Source: Macrostomum lignano
Lineage: Eukaryota
Length of the DNA: 64,000 nucleotides
NCBI GenBank assembly: GCA_002269645.1
Contig: NIVC01001131.1
Coordinates: forward strand, 62,001 to 126,000
Reading direction: 5' to 3'
Shown: positions 1 to 13,931 of the stretch, piece by piece
Layout of the letters: each line of letters opens with the position of its first letter
How positions within the stretch are numbered: the first letter of the stretch is position 1
Made by a program: the position numbers and the translations under genes
The notes under the pieces: generated by a model
The model's database searches: none
The model's input: only the letters and a program-made list of their open reading frames with translations
Told to the model about the DNA's origin: nothing

Positions 1-364
1 AGGCACTCATTTTAGCGCCGAAGGCACTCATTTTAGCGCCACAGGCACTCATTTTAGCGCCACAGGCACTCATTTTAGCGCCTCAGGCACTCATTTTAGC
101 GCCGAAGGCACTCATTTTAGCGCCGCAGGCACTCATTTTAGCGCCTCAGGCACTCATTTTAGCGCCGCAGGCACTCATTTTAGCGCCGCAGGCACTCATT
201 TTAGCTCCGCAGGCACTCATTTTAGCGCCGAAGGCACTCATTTTAGCGCCGCAGGCACTCATTTTAGCTCCGCAGGCACTCATTTTAGCGCCGCAGGCAT
301 TCATTTTAGCGCCTCAGGCACTCATTTTAGCGCCGCAGGCACTCATTTTAGCTCCGCAGGCACT
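1..364. repeat. 21-bp minisatellite (AGGCACTCATTTTAGCGCCGC), runs off the window start; intronic to the ERp44-like gene
   Basis: About 17 near-identical tandem copies read directly. Confidence 0.95.
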
Positions 365-779
365 ATGTTTTCTCGCCCGGCAGCAAATTTATTGATTTCC
401 ATAACGGGTCGCAAGGTGGGGTGGGGGAACAAAGCGTTGGCATGTCCCCCCAGATCTTTAACTTTAAAGATCGCCCCCAGTCACCTCGTTGGCGACGCCC
501 CTGACGCTTCTTTATGTTTTACAATAAAGAATGTAATCCAATTTTTTTAATAAACAACATGTAGCTTCTGACCTCAGCCTTTATATCTTAGCAATCCCCC
601 CGTAAGCCTTGCCATCTCAGAAGCAATTCCCCCATAATTTAGATACAAATGTAGAGGCTGGGTCAACAACTCTTTGACTGTAAAATTTATCCTAACCCTA
701 ACCCTAACAGGTTTGCCCTGAACAGGCTAAAACGAATTAACTATAAGTGTACAAATCCATGTACTCCCCCCCTACCCAG

Positions 780-1114
780 ACAAGATCAACTTTTTGTACG
801 GTCCTGGCGCCCTGTTCGTTCGAGCAATTCGTCAAATGGGAAAATCGTTGGACGACCTGCCACTGATTGCCATCGACAGCTTCCAGCACATCTATGCGTT
901 TCCGCACGATGTTAGAGACACGCTTGACGGATTCAATAGCCGTTTGGTGACGTTCATCGAGGACCTGCTGAGCGGCGAGTTGCACCGGCGGTATCACGAG
1001 GCCAAGGAGGGCAGCAGGGCGTCGGCGAGCATGGCCACGGAGCCACCGGTCAGCGTGTTTCGACGATTGGCGCCGAGTGAATCGCGGTACTCCTTTGTCC
1101 GTGAGGAACTGTAG
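780..1114 (+). CDS. ERP44: Last coding exon of an ERp44-like thioredoxin-fold ER protein
   Basis: Acceptor cctacccag|AC at 779/780. Peptide KINFLYG...LPLIAIDSFQHIYAF...FIEDLLSGELHRRYH...PPVSVFRRLAPSESRYSFVREEL* matches the recalled ERp44 C-terminus (INFL, VIAIDSFRHMY, DLHSGKLHREFH, PPESSFQKLAPSEYRY, RDEL). It ends in an ER-retention-like REEL. Confidence 0.85.
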
Positions 1115-1229
1115 CTTGTTAGTCGCTGTGGGACTGGAATTTGTTGTTACCTGGCTGAAACTGGTTGCCTTGGGCTTATTCTTTGTTAGAGGCCTAGTTT
1201 TTGATGGAGTTGTCAAGTTCAGAAAGGTT

Positions 1230-1640
1230 GCTAGGGTGTTATGAGGTTTGCTGGGGTGTCATGATGTTTGCTAGAGTGTCATAAGGTCTGCTAGGGTGTC
1301 ATGAGGTCTGCTAGGGTGTCATAAAATGTGCTGGGGTGTCATGATGTTTGCTAGGGTGTCATGAGGTTTGCTAGAGTGTCATGAGGTCTGCTAGGGTTTC
1401 ATAAAGTGTGCTAGGGTGTCATGAGGTTTGCTAGAGTGTCATGAGGTCTGCTAGGGTGTCATGATGTTTGCTAGGGTGTCATGATGTTTGCTAGGGTGTC
1501 ATGATGTTTGCTAGGGTGTCATGATATTTGCTAGGGTGTCATGAGGTCTGCTGGGGTGTCATGGAGTCTGCTAGGCTGTCACGAGGCTTGCTAGGGTGTC
1601 ATGGGGCTTGCTAGGGTGTCATGAGGTGTGATAGAGTTTC
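1230..1640. repeat. 20-bp minisatellite (CTAGGGTGTCATGAGGTTTG)
   Basis: About 20 tandem copies read directly. Confidence 0.9.
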
Positions 1641-1877
1641 ATGTGACCTGGTTGGGAGTAATATGCATGATTACTATCGGTATGAAATCTAGTTTAGGGA
1701 TTATTCTCATTCGGTTTCACATTTTCTGAATCATAACCAACTGCTGACAAATAAAATTTTAACAATGCAGCACAGTGCTCCACTTCACAACACTACTGTT
1801 ATCAGTAGTTATGATGTCTGCTCTGTGTCAAATAAAAATGCTAAAAAGATTTTAAGAGGCCGAACTTATGGCCGGAA

Positions 1878-2400
1878 TTGGAGGGAGAGAGGGAGAGTGG
1901 GAGAGAGGGGAGAGGGAGAGAGGGATATAGGGATAGTGGGAGAGAGGGGGGAGAGGGAGAGAGGGGGAGAGGGAGAGGGAGAGAGGGAGAGTGGGAGAGC
2001 GGGAGAGAGAGAGGGAGAGAGGTTGAGAGGGAGAGTGGGAGAGAGGGAGAGAGAGAGAGAGGGAGAGTGGGAGAGAGAGAGGGAGAGAGGGGGAGAGAGG
2101 TTGAGGGGGAGAGTGGAAGAGAGAGAGAGAGGGAGAGTGGGATAGAGGGAGAGAGGGAGAGCGGGAGAGAGAGGGAAAGAGAGAGGAAGAGAGGTTGAGA
2201 GGGAGAGTGGGAGAGTGGGAGAGAGGGAGAGAGGGAGAGAAGGAGAGTGGAAGAGAGGGACAGAAGGAGAGTGGGAGACTGGGAGACTGAGAGAGTGAGA
2301 CAGAAGGAGAGAGAGAGGGAGACCGGGAGACTGGGAGACTGGGAGACTGGGAGAGTAGAGAGTGGGAGAGAAGAACATAAGGAGAGAGGGAGAGAGGTAG
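1878..2400. repeat. GA-rich low-complexity tract
   Basis: Polypurine GGGAGAGA-type repeats; the ORFs here are repeat artefacts. Confidence 0.9.
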
Positions 2401-3174
2401 AGATTGAGTTTTCGCTAAGTCGGGTCGGGCAATAATGCCTGGAAATCTGTCATCGCAATCAGTATTCAAGTAAACAGTTACAAAAATGCATACTTTTATT
2501 TGTATTTTTTTACTAAAGAGACCCGGTCATATTTGCAACTCGCAAACGAACTATAGGACCAGGGTAAGAGGATGGAGATTGTGAAAAGGGAGGCTGAACA
2601 GCAGCATCAATAAATGACTGCTCTCTCGAAACGAAGTCAACGAAAAGCCTCGGGAGTCGTCGATGGCACAGAATTGGACGGACGGGCCCGGCCGAACACT
2701 TCAGGCCGACAGGCTGTAAAAGTCGCGGATATTTGATCTAACAGGCGATCAATAAAAAACGAGGAAGCACCCAGAGCTGATTCCGCTTGGTAACAAACGA
2801 ATAATTAATCGAGGGGGAAATCGAATACAGATGGGAATAAATGAGGTGTTAGCAAGTCGAGTCGCAATTAAAATCCTCTGCGAAGCAGCAACCAGTAAGT
2901 TTGCAGCCTCAGAAGTTGATACAGAAAACATTGGATCGGAGAATGGGGGGATTTCGGGGGAAGCCAGGGGCAGGGCTGTAAAATCCGTGTTTTATTTATC
3001 AGCAGAGCAACCCCGTAACCATTTAGAAGTCATAAACTCGCATTATTTTTTTCTGATGACGAATTTGTCAATATCTGCTTTTTTCTTTCACCCAAGATTC
3101 ATGGAGTTCTGGATTTTCAAGGCCTGAATTGACAACTCCATCTATGCTGGGAAAGGCTTTGCACGTTTTTTAGC

Positions 3175-3840
3175 TTTTCTCACCTTCTCTCTCCCTCTCT
3201 CCCTCTCCCTCTCTCCCTCTCCCCCTCTCCCTCTCCCCCTCTCCCTCTCCCTCTCCCCCTCTCCCTCTCCCTCTCCCTCTCCTCTCTCCCTCTCCCTCTC
3301 TCCTCTCCCTCTCTCCCTCTCCCCTCTCCCCCTCCCCCTCCCTCTCCCTCTCCCTCTCTCCCTCTCCCTCTCCCTCTCCCTCTCCCTCTCTCCCTCTCCC
3401 TCTCCCTCTCACTCTCCCTCTCCCTTTTTCCCTCTCCCTCTCCCTCTCACTCTCCCTCTCCCTTTTTCCCTCTCCCTCTTTCCCTCCCCTCTCCCTCTCC
3501 CCTCTCCCTCTCCCTCTCTCCCTCTCCCCTCTCCCTCTCCCCTCTCCCTCTCCCTCTCTCCCTCTCCCTCTCCCTCTCTCCCTCTCTCCCTCTCCCTCTC
3601 CCTCTCACTCTCCCTCTCCCTTTTTCCCTCTCCCTCTTTCCCTCTCCCTCTCCCTCTCCTTCTCCCCCTGTCTCCCTCTCTTCTTATCTCCCTCTCTTCC
3701 CCTTCCTCTTCTATTTCCTATTTATCTCTTCTCTCTCTCCATCTTTCTTCTCTCCATCTCTTCTCTCTCTCCATTTTTTCTATTTCCATTTTTTCTCTCT
3801 CCCTCTCTTCCTATCCCTCGCTCACTCTCTCGCACTTCTC
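3175..3840. repeat. CT-rich low-complexity tract (CTCTCC)n
   Basis: Polypyrimidine repeats, roughly the reverse complement of 1878-2400. Confidence 0.9.
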
Positions 3841-4294
3841 TTTGCTGTCTTTATCATCTAATATTCTCTCATCATGCATATGGAAGCTTTCGCTCTCGCG
3901 TCCAGATTCTAAATTAAAAAATCCACGCAACTTAAAAAACCCTTATACGAGCGCAGGGTTCAGATTAGTCACCAGCTGGGATTTCCGCGCCCCAAACACG
4001 GTAAATCAAAACCGCCGCAGCCGCTTATGGCGTGAAACTGAGGCCGATGCCAGGCCGGTGAACAATTATATGGGGGTGGACGGTTCACGGATGTTCGAGC
4101 GATCGCAAAAATTAAAAGCACTGCTATAGCAGCAATTAATTTTGCGCTGGGGCTGCTATCAGAGCGCGTGCTGCGGTGCCTTTTGGATTGTTTCTTGAAT
4201 CTTGCCAAGTTGCCTGCAATCAAAACAGAGCTGCTTCTCTGGACTGCTGCCGGGTGTGCCGCTACTGTGACTGCAGTTGCTAACTGTCTTCGCC

Positions 4295-5120
4295 TCTAAT
4301 TCTCTCCTCCCACCTCTCTCCTTTCTTCTCTTCTCTCTCCTCTCATATCTTCTCTCTCCTATCATCTCTTCTCTCTCCTCTCATATCTTCTCTCTCCTCT
4401 CATCTCTTCTCTCTCCTTTCTTCTCTTCTCTCTCCTTTCTTCTCTTCTCTCTCCTCTCATCTCTCCTCTCTCCTTTCTTCTCTTCTCTCTCCTCTCATCT
4501 CTTCTCTCTCCTCTCATCTCTTCTCTCTCCTCTCATATTTTCTCTCTCCTCTCTTTTCTTCTCTCTCCTCTCTTCTTTCTCTCCTCTCTCCTCCCTTCTC
4601 TCTCCTTTATTCTCTCATCTCTTCTCTCTCCTCTCATCTCTTCTCTCTCCTCTCATCTCTCCTCTCTCCTCTCATCTCTTCTCTCTCCTCTCATATTTTC
4701 TCTCTCCTCTCTTTTCTTCTCTCTCCTCTCTTCTTTCTCTCCTCTCTCCTCCCTCCTCTCTCCTTTATTCTTCATCTCTTCTCTCTCCTCTCATCTCTTC
4801 TCTCTCCTCTCATCTCTCCTCTCTCCTCTTATCTCTTCTCTCTCCTCTATCCCTCCTCTCTCCTCTCTCCTCTCATCTCTCTCTTCTCATCTCCTCTCTC
4901 CTCTCATCTCTTCTCTCTCCCCTTTCTTCTCTCCTCTCTCCTCTCTCCTCTCTCCTCTCTTCTCTTTTCTCTCTCTCTTTTACCCTCTCTCCTCTTACCT
5001 CTCCTCCCCAATATCTACTCTTTCCGCTCCCTCTCTCCTCTACCCTCTTTACTCTCTCTTTACTAGTGTAGCTACTCTCACCTGTCTACTCTCAACACTC
5101 TCCTGTCTTTTCTCTCCTCT
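4295..5120. repeat. CT-rich low-complexity tract
   Basis: TCTCTTCTCTCTCCTCTCA-type degenerate repeats. Confidence 0.9.
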
Positions 5121-5679
5121 GATCCGTCATTCCTTCAATTTAACTGAAAAAGCCTCTAAAAGCGATTTAAACAAACTTTAATATTGGAATCTGTGTTTAG
5201 GATCTCACCACCGTCTGGTTAGCTGCAGCTCCCAGTTGTGTTACGCAACAATTCCAGCCAAAAAGAAAAATTTAGTCATAGCTCAGCGATAAGAAGATAT
5301 TTTAGGATGCAGAACTCCTCCATTTCGGGGGGATTTCAACATCTGTTGCCCTTTGATTTCCTCTAGCAAAAGAATCGACCCCTGTTTCTTTCAACAGATT
5401 GTCGCCATGATAACCTTTGTTGACCAAAGCAAAGTGGCGCAACTCGCTGCTTTGAGACTCTGGGAATTGCCAAAATGACTCATTATATCTGATCGATTAA
5501 GTAATTTTGCTGCTTGCGTTGCAGAGAATGATCGGGCAGATAAAATTCACAATTCTTGGACAGTATGTGATCCAATCAAAATCAAGATGTGGTGTTTTAG
5601 TGTGTTAGGGAGACTCGAATTGTCGAGTAATGAAAAAGTCGGACACTAATTAGTGGAAACCTGGACAGTATTTGCTGAA

Positions 5680-7640
5680 AACCTGGACAAAAATCACTGA
5701 AAACCTGGACAAAGATCACTGAAAACCCGGGATAAATCAATGAAAAACCGGACACAAGTCAATGAAAACCCGGAAACAAATCAATGAAAACCCGGACACA
5801 AATCAAGGAAAACCCAAATAAAAAACAATGAAAACCCGGAAACAAATCAATGAAAACCCAGAAAAAAATCACTGAAAACCTGGACACAATTCAATAAAAA
5901 CCCGGCCACAAACACTGAAAACCCGGACAAAAATCAATGAAAAACCGGACACAAGTCAATGAAAACCCGGAAACAAATCAATGAAAACCCGGACACAAAT
6001 CAAGGAAAACCCAAATAAAAAACAATGAAAACCCGGAAACAAATCAATGAAAACCCAGAAAAAAATCACTGAAAACCTGGACACAATTCAATAAAAACCC
6101 GGCCACAAACACTGAAAACCCGGACAAAAATCAATGAAAACCCGGAAACAAATCAATGAAAACCCGGACACAAATCAAGGAAAACCCAAATAAAAAACAA
6201 TGAAAACCCGGAAACAAATCAATGAAAACCCAGAAAAAAATCACTGAAAACCTGGACACAATTCAATAAAAACCCGGCCACAAACACTGAAAACCCGGAC
6301 AAAAATCAATGAAAACCCGGACACAATTCAATAAAAACATGGACACATATCAATGAAAGCCCGGACACAAATCAATGAAAACCCGGAAACAAATCAATGA
6401 AAACCCGGACACAAATCAAGGAAAACCCAAATAAAAAACAATGAAAACCCGGAAACAAATCAATGAAAACCCAGAAAAAAATCACTGAAAACCTGGACAC
6501 AATTCAATAAAAACCCGGCCACAAACACTGAAAACCCGGACAAAAATCAATGAAAACCCGGAAACAAATCAATGAAAACCCGGACACAAATCAAGGAAAA
6601 CCCAAATAAAAAACAATGAAAACCCGGAAACAAATCAATGAAAACCCAGAAAAAAATCACTGAAAACCTGGACACAATTCAATAAAAACCCGGCCACAAA
6701 CACTGAAAACCCGGACAAAAATCAATGAAAAACCGGACACAAGTCAATGAAAACCCGGAAACAAATCAATGAAAACCCGGACACAAATCAAGGAAAACCC
6801 AAATAAAAAACAATGAAAACCCGGAAACAAATCAATGAAAACCCAGAAAAAAATCACTGAAAACCTGGACACAATTCAATAAAAACCCGGCCACAAACAC
6901 TGAAAACCCGGACAAAAATCAATGAAAACCCGGAAACAAATCAATGAAAACCCGGACACAAATCAAGGAAAACCCAAATAAAAAACAATGAAAACCCGGA
7001 AACAAATCAATGAAAACCCAGAAAAAAATCACTGAAAACCTGGACACAATTCAATAAAAACCCGGCCACAAACACTGAAAACCCGGACAAAAATCAATGA
7101 AAACCCGGATACAATTCAATAAAAACATGGACACATATCAATGAAAGCCCGGACACAAATCAATGAAAGCCCGGACACAAATCAATGGAAACCCGGACAC
7201 AAATAAATGAAAGCCCGGACACAAATCAATGAAAGCCCGGGCACAAATCAATAAAAACCCGGAAACAAATCAATAAAAACCCGGCCACAAACCGGACAAA
7301 AATCACTGAAAACCCGGACAAAAATCATTGAAAGCCCGGGCAAAAATCATTGAAAACCCTGACAAAAATCATTGAAAACCCGGAAAAAAATCATTGAAAA
7401 ACCGGGCAAAAATCATTGAAAACCCTGACAAAAATCATTGAAAACCCGGGCAAAAATCATTGAAAACCCGGACAAAAATCACTGAAAATCCGGAATAAAT
7501 CAATGAAAACCCGGACAAAAATCACTGAAAATCCGGAATAAATCAATGAAAACCTGAACACAAACCAATGAAAACCCTGACACAAATCAGTAAAACTCGG
7601 AAAAAGTCACTCATTAAGCAAAACCCGGACACAGCAAAAC
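5680..7640. repeat. ~22-bp A-rich minisatellite (AAAACCCGGACACAAATCAATG) with higher-order structure
   Basis: Variant monomer AAGGAAAACCCAAATAAAAAAC recurs at about 5805, 6002, 6177, 6418, 6593, 6790 and 6965. Confidence 0.95.
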
Positions 7641-8124
7641 TATTGTACTCTTTGGATAAAACAGAATGAAAGCTACAAAAACGAAAATGACATATAATGT
7701 TACTAATACTATTAATTAAATATTACAGCATACAAGGGCTGCTTCAAACTACATGCATTCGATCAATATATCAGGTTTCCTTATTTTATATCCTTCAGTG
7801 GATCTGTTAATTAGGCAATTTGTTCCACTGGCGCCACGTACAAATGCAGTCGGAATTTTTTATTGCCTATACTTTTCGCACTGGCGCCATGTGCTCATAA
7901 AAAGTGACCGATTAACAATTGCATAAAGCTAGATATCGTATTTCTAGGGATTAAGGAATTAGCTGGTTCCCTATCTATTTTGCACTGCTCATTTGGTGTG
8001 TTCACAATGCACTGATATGCCAACAGATGCATATGAAGTTGATGTTTAAATGTTCCAGACAAAAGAAGAGTTTAAATATGAAAGATGAGTTGCACCTTGA
8101 ACCAAATTTTCAACACGAGCAATT

Positions 8125-8610
8125 GTGAAAGTGCGCGCTTATCAAACTGCGCGCTTGTCTCAGCCTGTTCTTATCAATCTGCGCGCTTGTCTCAGTGCGC
8201 TCTTATCAAACTTCGCGCTTATCAAACTGTGCGTTTGTCTCAGTGCGCGCTTATCAATCTGCGCGCTTATCAAACTGCGCGTTTGTCTCAGTGCGCGCTT
8301 ATCAATCTGCGCGCTTGTCTCAGTGCGCTCTTATCAAACTGCGCGCTTGTCTCAGTGCGCTCTTATAAAACTGCGCGCTTGTCTCAGTGCGCTCTTATCA
8401 AACTGCGCGCTTGTCTCAGTGCGCTCTTATCAAACTGCGCGCTTATCAAATTGTGCGTTCGTCTCAGTGCACGCTTATAAAACTGCGCGCTTGTCTCAGT
8501 GCACGCTTATCAAACTGCGCGCTTGTCTCAGTGCGCTCTTATCAAACTGCGCGCTTATCAAATTGTGTGTTTGTCTCAGTGCGCGCTTATCAAGCTGCGC
8601 GCTTAAAGCG
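8125..8610. repeat. Composite 16-bp minisatellite (TGCGCGCTTATCAAAC / TGCGCGCTTGTCTCAG)
   Basis: Two interspersed 16-bp monomer types. Confidence 0.9.
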
Positions 8611-8898
8611 GTAAGCGCCTAAAGCACTATCCGTACTAGATTTAAAATACGCGCAAATGCTATGCGCGCTTAACCAGCTGCATCCCAACTGTTAGTGCAG
8701 TCGCCCTTGCAGCCTGATAACCAGAATTTTTCCAACCGAAAAACTTCCGCATGCTTGTCTGGCCTTGCTAATCTTTTAATCGCTTTGTTATATAATAAGC
8801 TCGTGTATGCATATCCCTTTCGCGGGGTATGATTTATACCCGAACAGAATGCGATACGAATCGAAATTGAACAGAGCTAGTTAAGCTTATGAAGTGCA

Positions 8899-8940
<42 letters not shown>

Positions 8941-9189
8941 CTATGCACTAGCATAACCTACAACGGGTTATCCATTGATTTTTTTCGCCAACTATTATGA
9001 GCTGCCTGTGCTCAGGCCGATGTTGTGTGAGCGGTTGAGAAAAGTTTTACTTGACGGCCTGCGGGGTGATTCTGGGGGTCAGGGGGAACTCCCTGCTCTG
9101 TTGCTGGGGGGCATCTGCCTGACATCCATCTGGTTCGGTATGATTTATCACTTCTGGTTTCTCCGCTCCTTAGGCTCCCAGCTCCTCTG

Positions 9190-10330
9190 CCATTCTCTCC
9201 CCTACATCTCTCTAATCTCTTCTCTACATCTCTCTCCTCTCTCCCCTACATCTCTCTCCTCTCTCCCCTACATCTCTCTCCTCTCTCCCCTACATCTCTC
9301 TAATCTCTTCTCTACATCTCTCTCCTCTCTCCCCTACATCTCTCTCCTCTCTCCCCTACATCTCTCTCCTCTCTCCCCTACATCTCTCTCCTCTCTCCCC
9401 TACATCTTTCTCTCCTCTCTCCCCTACATCTCTCTCTCCTCTCTCCCCTACATCTCTCTCTCCTCTCTCCCCAACATTTCTCTCCTCTCCCCACTAGATC
9501 TCTCTCCTCTCCCCACTAGATCTCTCTCCTCTCCCCACTAGATCTCTCTCCTCTCCCCACTAGATCTCTCTCCTCTCTCCCCACTAGATCTCTCTCCTCT
9601 CCCCACTAGATCTCTCTCCTCTCTCCCCACTAGATCTCTCTCCTCTCCCCACTAGATCTCTCTCCTCTCTACACTAGATCTCTCTCCTCTCCCCACTAGA
9701 TCTCTCTCCTCTCCCCACTAGATCTCTCTCCTCTCTGCCCTAGATCTCTCTCCTCTCTACACTAGATCTCTCTCCTCTCTACACTAGATCTCTCTCCTCT
9801 CTACACTAGATCTCTCTCCTCTCTACACTAGATCTCTCTCCTCTCCCCACTAGATCTCTCTCCTCTCTCCCCACTAGATCTCTCTCCTCTCTCCCCTACA
9901 TCTCTCTCCTCTCTCCCCTACATCTCGCTCCTCTCTCCCCTACATCTTTCTCTCCTCTCTCCCCTACATCTCTCTCTCCTCTCTCCCCTACATCTCTCTC
10001 TCCTCTCTCCCCAACATTTCTCTCCTCTCCCCACTAGATCTCTCTCCTCTCCCCACTAGATCTCTCTCCTCTCCCCACTAGATCTCTCTCCTCTCTCCCC
10101 ACTAGATCTCTCTCCTCTCCCCACTAGATCTCTCTCCTCTCCCCACTAGATCTCTCTCCTCTCTCCCCACTAGATCTCTCTCCTCTCCCCACTAGATCTC
10201 TCTCCTCTCTCCCCACTAGATCTCTCTCCTCTCCCCACTAGATCTCTCTCCTCTCTACACTAGATCTCTCTCCTCTCTCACCACTATAAAACGTCGCTCT
10301 TTTCTCCCCTATATCTCTCTCCTCTCTCTC
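9190..10330. repeat. CT-rich minisatellite (CCCCACTAGATCTCTCTCCTCT and CCCCTACATCTCTCTCCTCT variants)
   Basis: Direct reading. Confidence 0.9.
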
Positions 10331-10789
10331 CTACATCTATTCCCTTCAATCGGTCTTCCGGTTCTATTTGAACTACTAGCAAGCATATAATTACCACATT
10401 ATTATCTACACTTATTATACTTAACTTCAAACCAGCGAATGCACTTTTGCGGATTATCGCCGTTAGTCCATGGGCAGAGCGAGCCCCAGCAACCCCAACC
10501 GCCCTCGCCCAGAAGCCGCCCCGGCACCCCTAAATTCATTTGTCAAAGTCTGCTTCTGTCAGAACTCCCCACTGGGTGCTGTGTGGAAGGCGCGCAAAGC
10601 AATTTGTTCGGGTCTGGGAATTTATGAGCGCAAACTTGCAGAACTTGAGCACCAGAGCATGCCACACTGTGCTCGCAAGGGTAACCGCCATTCCAGTCTT
10701 AACTTGTGGCCTGCCTCAGATGAGAGAAATGAAAAACTGAGAAGGAACAAAATTACTCGAAAAATATTTCTTGCGTCCCTAGAGAGAGC

Positions 10790-11170
10790 CAAGAGATCTA
10801 GTGGGGAGAGGAGAGAGATCTAGTGTAGAGAGGAGAGAGATCTAGTGGGGAGAGGAGAGAGATCTAGTGTAGAGAGGAGAGAGATCTAGTGGGGAGAGGA
10901 GAGAGATCTAGTGTAGAGAGGAGAGAGATCTAGTGTAGAGAGGAGAGAGATCTAGTGTAGAGAGGAGAGAGATCTAGTGTAGAGAGGAGAGAGATCTAGG
11001 GAAGAGAGGAGAGATCTAGTAGAGAGGAGAGAGATCTTAGGGAGAGCGAAGAGAGATCTAAGGGAGAGGAAAGAGAGATCTAAGGGAGAGCGAAGAGAAA
11101 TCTAAGGGAGAGCGAAGAGAGATCTAAGAGAGAGGAAAGAGAGATCTAAGGGAGAGGGAAGAGAGATCGG
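10790..11170. repeat. GA-rich minisatellite (AGAGGAGAGAGATCTAGTGGGG), reverse complement of 9500-10280
   Basis: Unit is the reverse complement of the upstream array unit. Confidence 0.9.
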
Positions 11171-11694
11171 GCGATGGCTTTTGGAATTCCAAACCAGCAT
11201 CAACGATATGTCTGTTGTTAAACAAAAGACAAAATCTTACGCATGTATAAACAAGTACTTTATTCAAAGCTGATATACAATACACAGTAGCTCAGGACTG
11301 GTGCTGATAAATGAGAATTTTTTTAATGAAAATTCAAAGCACAAAATTCGATGCTACTTTTAAATACTCGATGACTGAATCCCCCTGTCTAGCCTGAAGT
11401 TCGTGCCAGTATTTACAAAATTGAGTTGAAATATGAGTTGCAATATTCGCATCATAAATCATTCAGGGGCAGATGAGATTGCCAGAAAAATATCCTTTTC
11501 TGGGAAAAAAATTTAGGAAGCTATTTCCGATCAGGCAATACGCTTGTAATTTTAGCCATATCTGTCACTGACAATGCCAACCGACACAAACGTTACATTT
11601 TTACAGACAGCATCAATGATTAAAATATAAAAGTTCTTGAGCATACAAGTTTAGAGAAAATTGTGCAACAAAAAAGCTTAATATTATGTAGAAT

Positions 11695-12700
11695 TCTAAA
11701 ATAAAGTGGCACCCCTCAACAATAAAGTGGCACCCCATCTACAATCAAGTGGCACCCCTCTGCAATAAAGTGGCACCCCATCTACAATAAAGTGGCACCC
11801 CATCTACAATTAAGTGGCACCCCATCTACAATAAAGTGGCACCCCTCAACAATAAAGTGGCACCCCTCTACAATAAAGTGGCACCCAATACAATAAAGTG
11901 GCACCCCATCTACAATTAAGTGGCACCTCATCTACAATAAAGTGGCACCCCATCTAAAATAAAGTGGCACCCCTCTACAATAAAGTGGCACCCCTCTACA
12001 ATAAAGTGGCACCCATTTACAATAAAGTGGCACCCCATCTACAATAAAGTGGCACCCCTCTACAATAAAGTGGCACCCATTTACAATAAAGTGGCACCCA
12101 TTTACAATAAAGTGGCACCCATCTACAATAAAATGGCGCCCCTCTACAATAAAGTGGCACCCAATACAATACAATGGCAGCCCTCTACAATAAAGTGGCA
12201 CCCCATCTACAATAAAGTGGCACCCCATCTACAATAAAGTGGCACCCCATCTACAATTAAGTGGCACCCCATCTACAATAAAGTGGCACCCCTCAACAAT
12301 AAAGTGGCACCCCTCTACAATAAAGTGGCACCCAATACAATAAAGTGGCACCCCATCTACAATTAAGTGGCACCCCATCTACAATAAAGTGGCACCCCAT
12401 CTAAAATAAAGTGGCACCCCTCTACAATAAAGTGGCACCCCATCTAAAATAAAGTGGCACCCCTCTACAATAAAGTGGCACCCCTCTACAATAAAGTGGC
12501 ACCCATTTACAATAAAGTGGCACCCCATCTACAATAAAGTGGCACCCCTCTACAATAAAGTGGCACCCATTTACAATAAAGTGGCACCCATTTACAATAA
12601 AGTGGCACCCATCTACAATAAAATGGCGCCCCTCTACAATAAAGTGGCAGCCCTCTACAATACAATGGCAGCCCTCTACAATACAACGGCCCCTAATACC
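11695..12700. repeat. ~22-bp minisatellite (AATAAAGTGGCACCCCATCTAC)
   Basis: More than 40 tandem copies directly downstream of the LHFPL-like stop codon. Confidence 0.95.
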
Positions 12701-12754
12701 ACAACGAGTTACATGACGAAGCTGATTTGCAGTCCAATTAAACAGCAATCAAAT

Positions 12755-13290
12755 TCACAGATGCGCTACAGGAGCTCCGGTCACTGAGTGCGAGTGCGAG
12801 TGCGAGTTCGATGACTGCTGATGCGAGTGCAGCTGCGACTGAGAGTGCGAGTGCGAGGACAGCGGAGACCAGTTGTTATTGTTGTTGCTGTGCTTGTTGC
12901 CGAATGTGCCTCGACCGCGAGGCGCCGCCGGCACTGCCGAGGACGCGGCTCCTGGAGGCTGCTTGTTCGACGTTGACACAATGGACGGTCGGTGAGAGAT
13001 TCGTTCCACTGATCTCTCCGTGTCTGAGTAGAACCCGCTGGTCGGGCTGCCCTCGCCCGCCGAGCTATCGGCAAGTTGAAGGCAGACGTGGATGTCGTAG
13101 AGGCTGGCCAGGATGGGGCAGAACAGAGCCAGGGAGGTCACCATGGCAGCCAGCAGGTAGCTCCAGCCCAGCTCGCAGATGCCAGTGCGAAACACGCCGC
13201 TGGGTGCAGATTGGCGATGGCAGAAGTGCCGAACTACCGGAGATCCAAAGCCGACAGGATAGGTGAGCAGGCCGCCGATGCAGAGCAGCA
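12755..13290 (-). CDS. LHFPL/TMEM211-like tetraspan protein, exon 2 (terminal)
   Basis: Acceptor atccacccag|TG is phase 1, matching exon 1. Peptide VLLCIGGLLTYPVGFGSPVVRHFC...GICELGWSYLLA fits the LHFPL motif YPxG..SP.v...C....G.C.lGW.Y. It is followed by a low-complexity S/H/Q tail. Confidence 0.85.
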
Positions 13291-13429
13291 CTGGGTGGAT
13301 GGGATTGTGGGTTAGTGTTAGACTGTTTGGCGTTTGTTGTTGTTGTGGTCATTTAAAGCGTCAAGGTTTAAAAACAAACAGGGTAGATAAAGGTCTAGGA
13401 GAATGATGATTGAGGCTGATTGTGAAAAA

Positions 13430-13931
<502 letters not shown>

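Noticed and set aside
690-708. TAACCC runs here and near 62000 as telomeres or telomere-addition sites
   Set aside because: Only 3-5 imperfect copies in internal positions.
1765-5071. ER-rich and SL-rich ORFs
   Set aside because: Artefacts of GA/CT low-complexity tracts.
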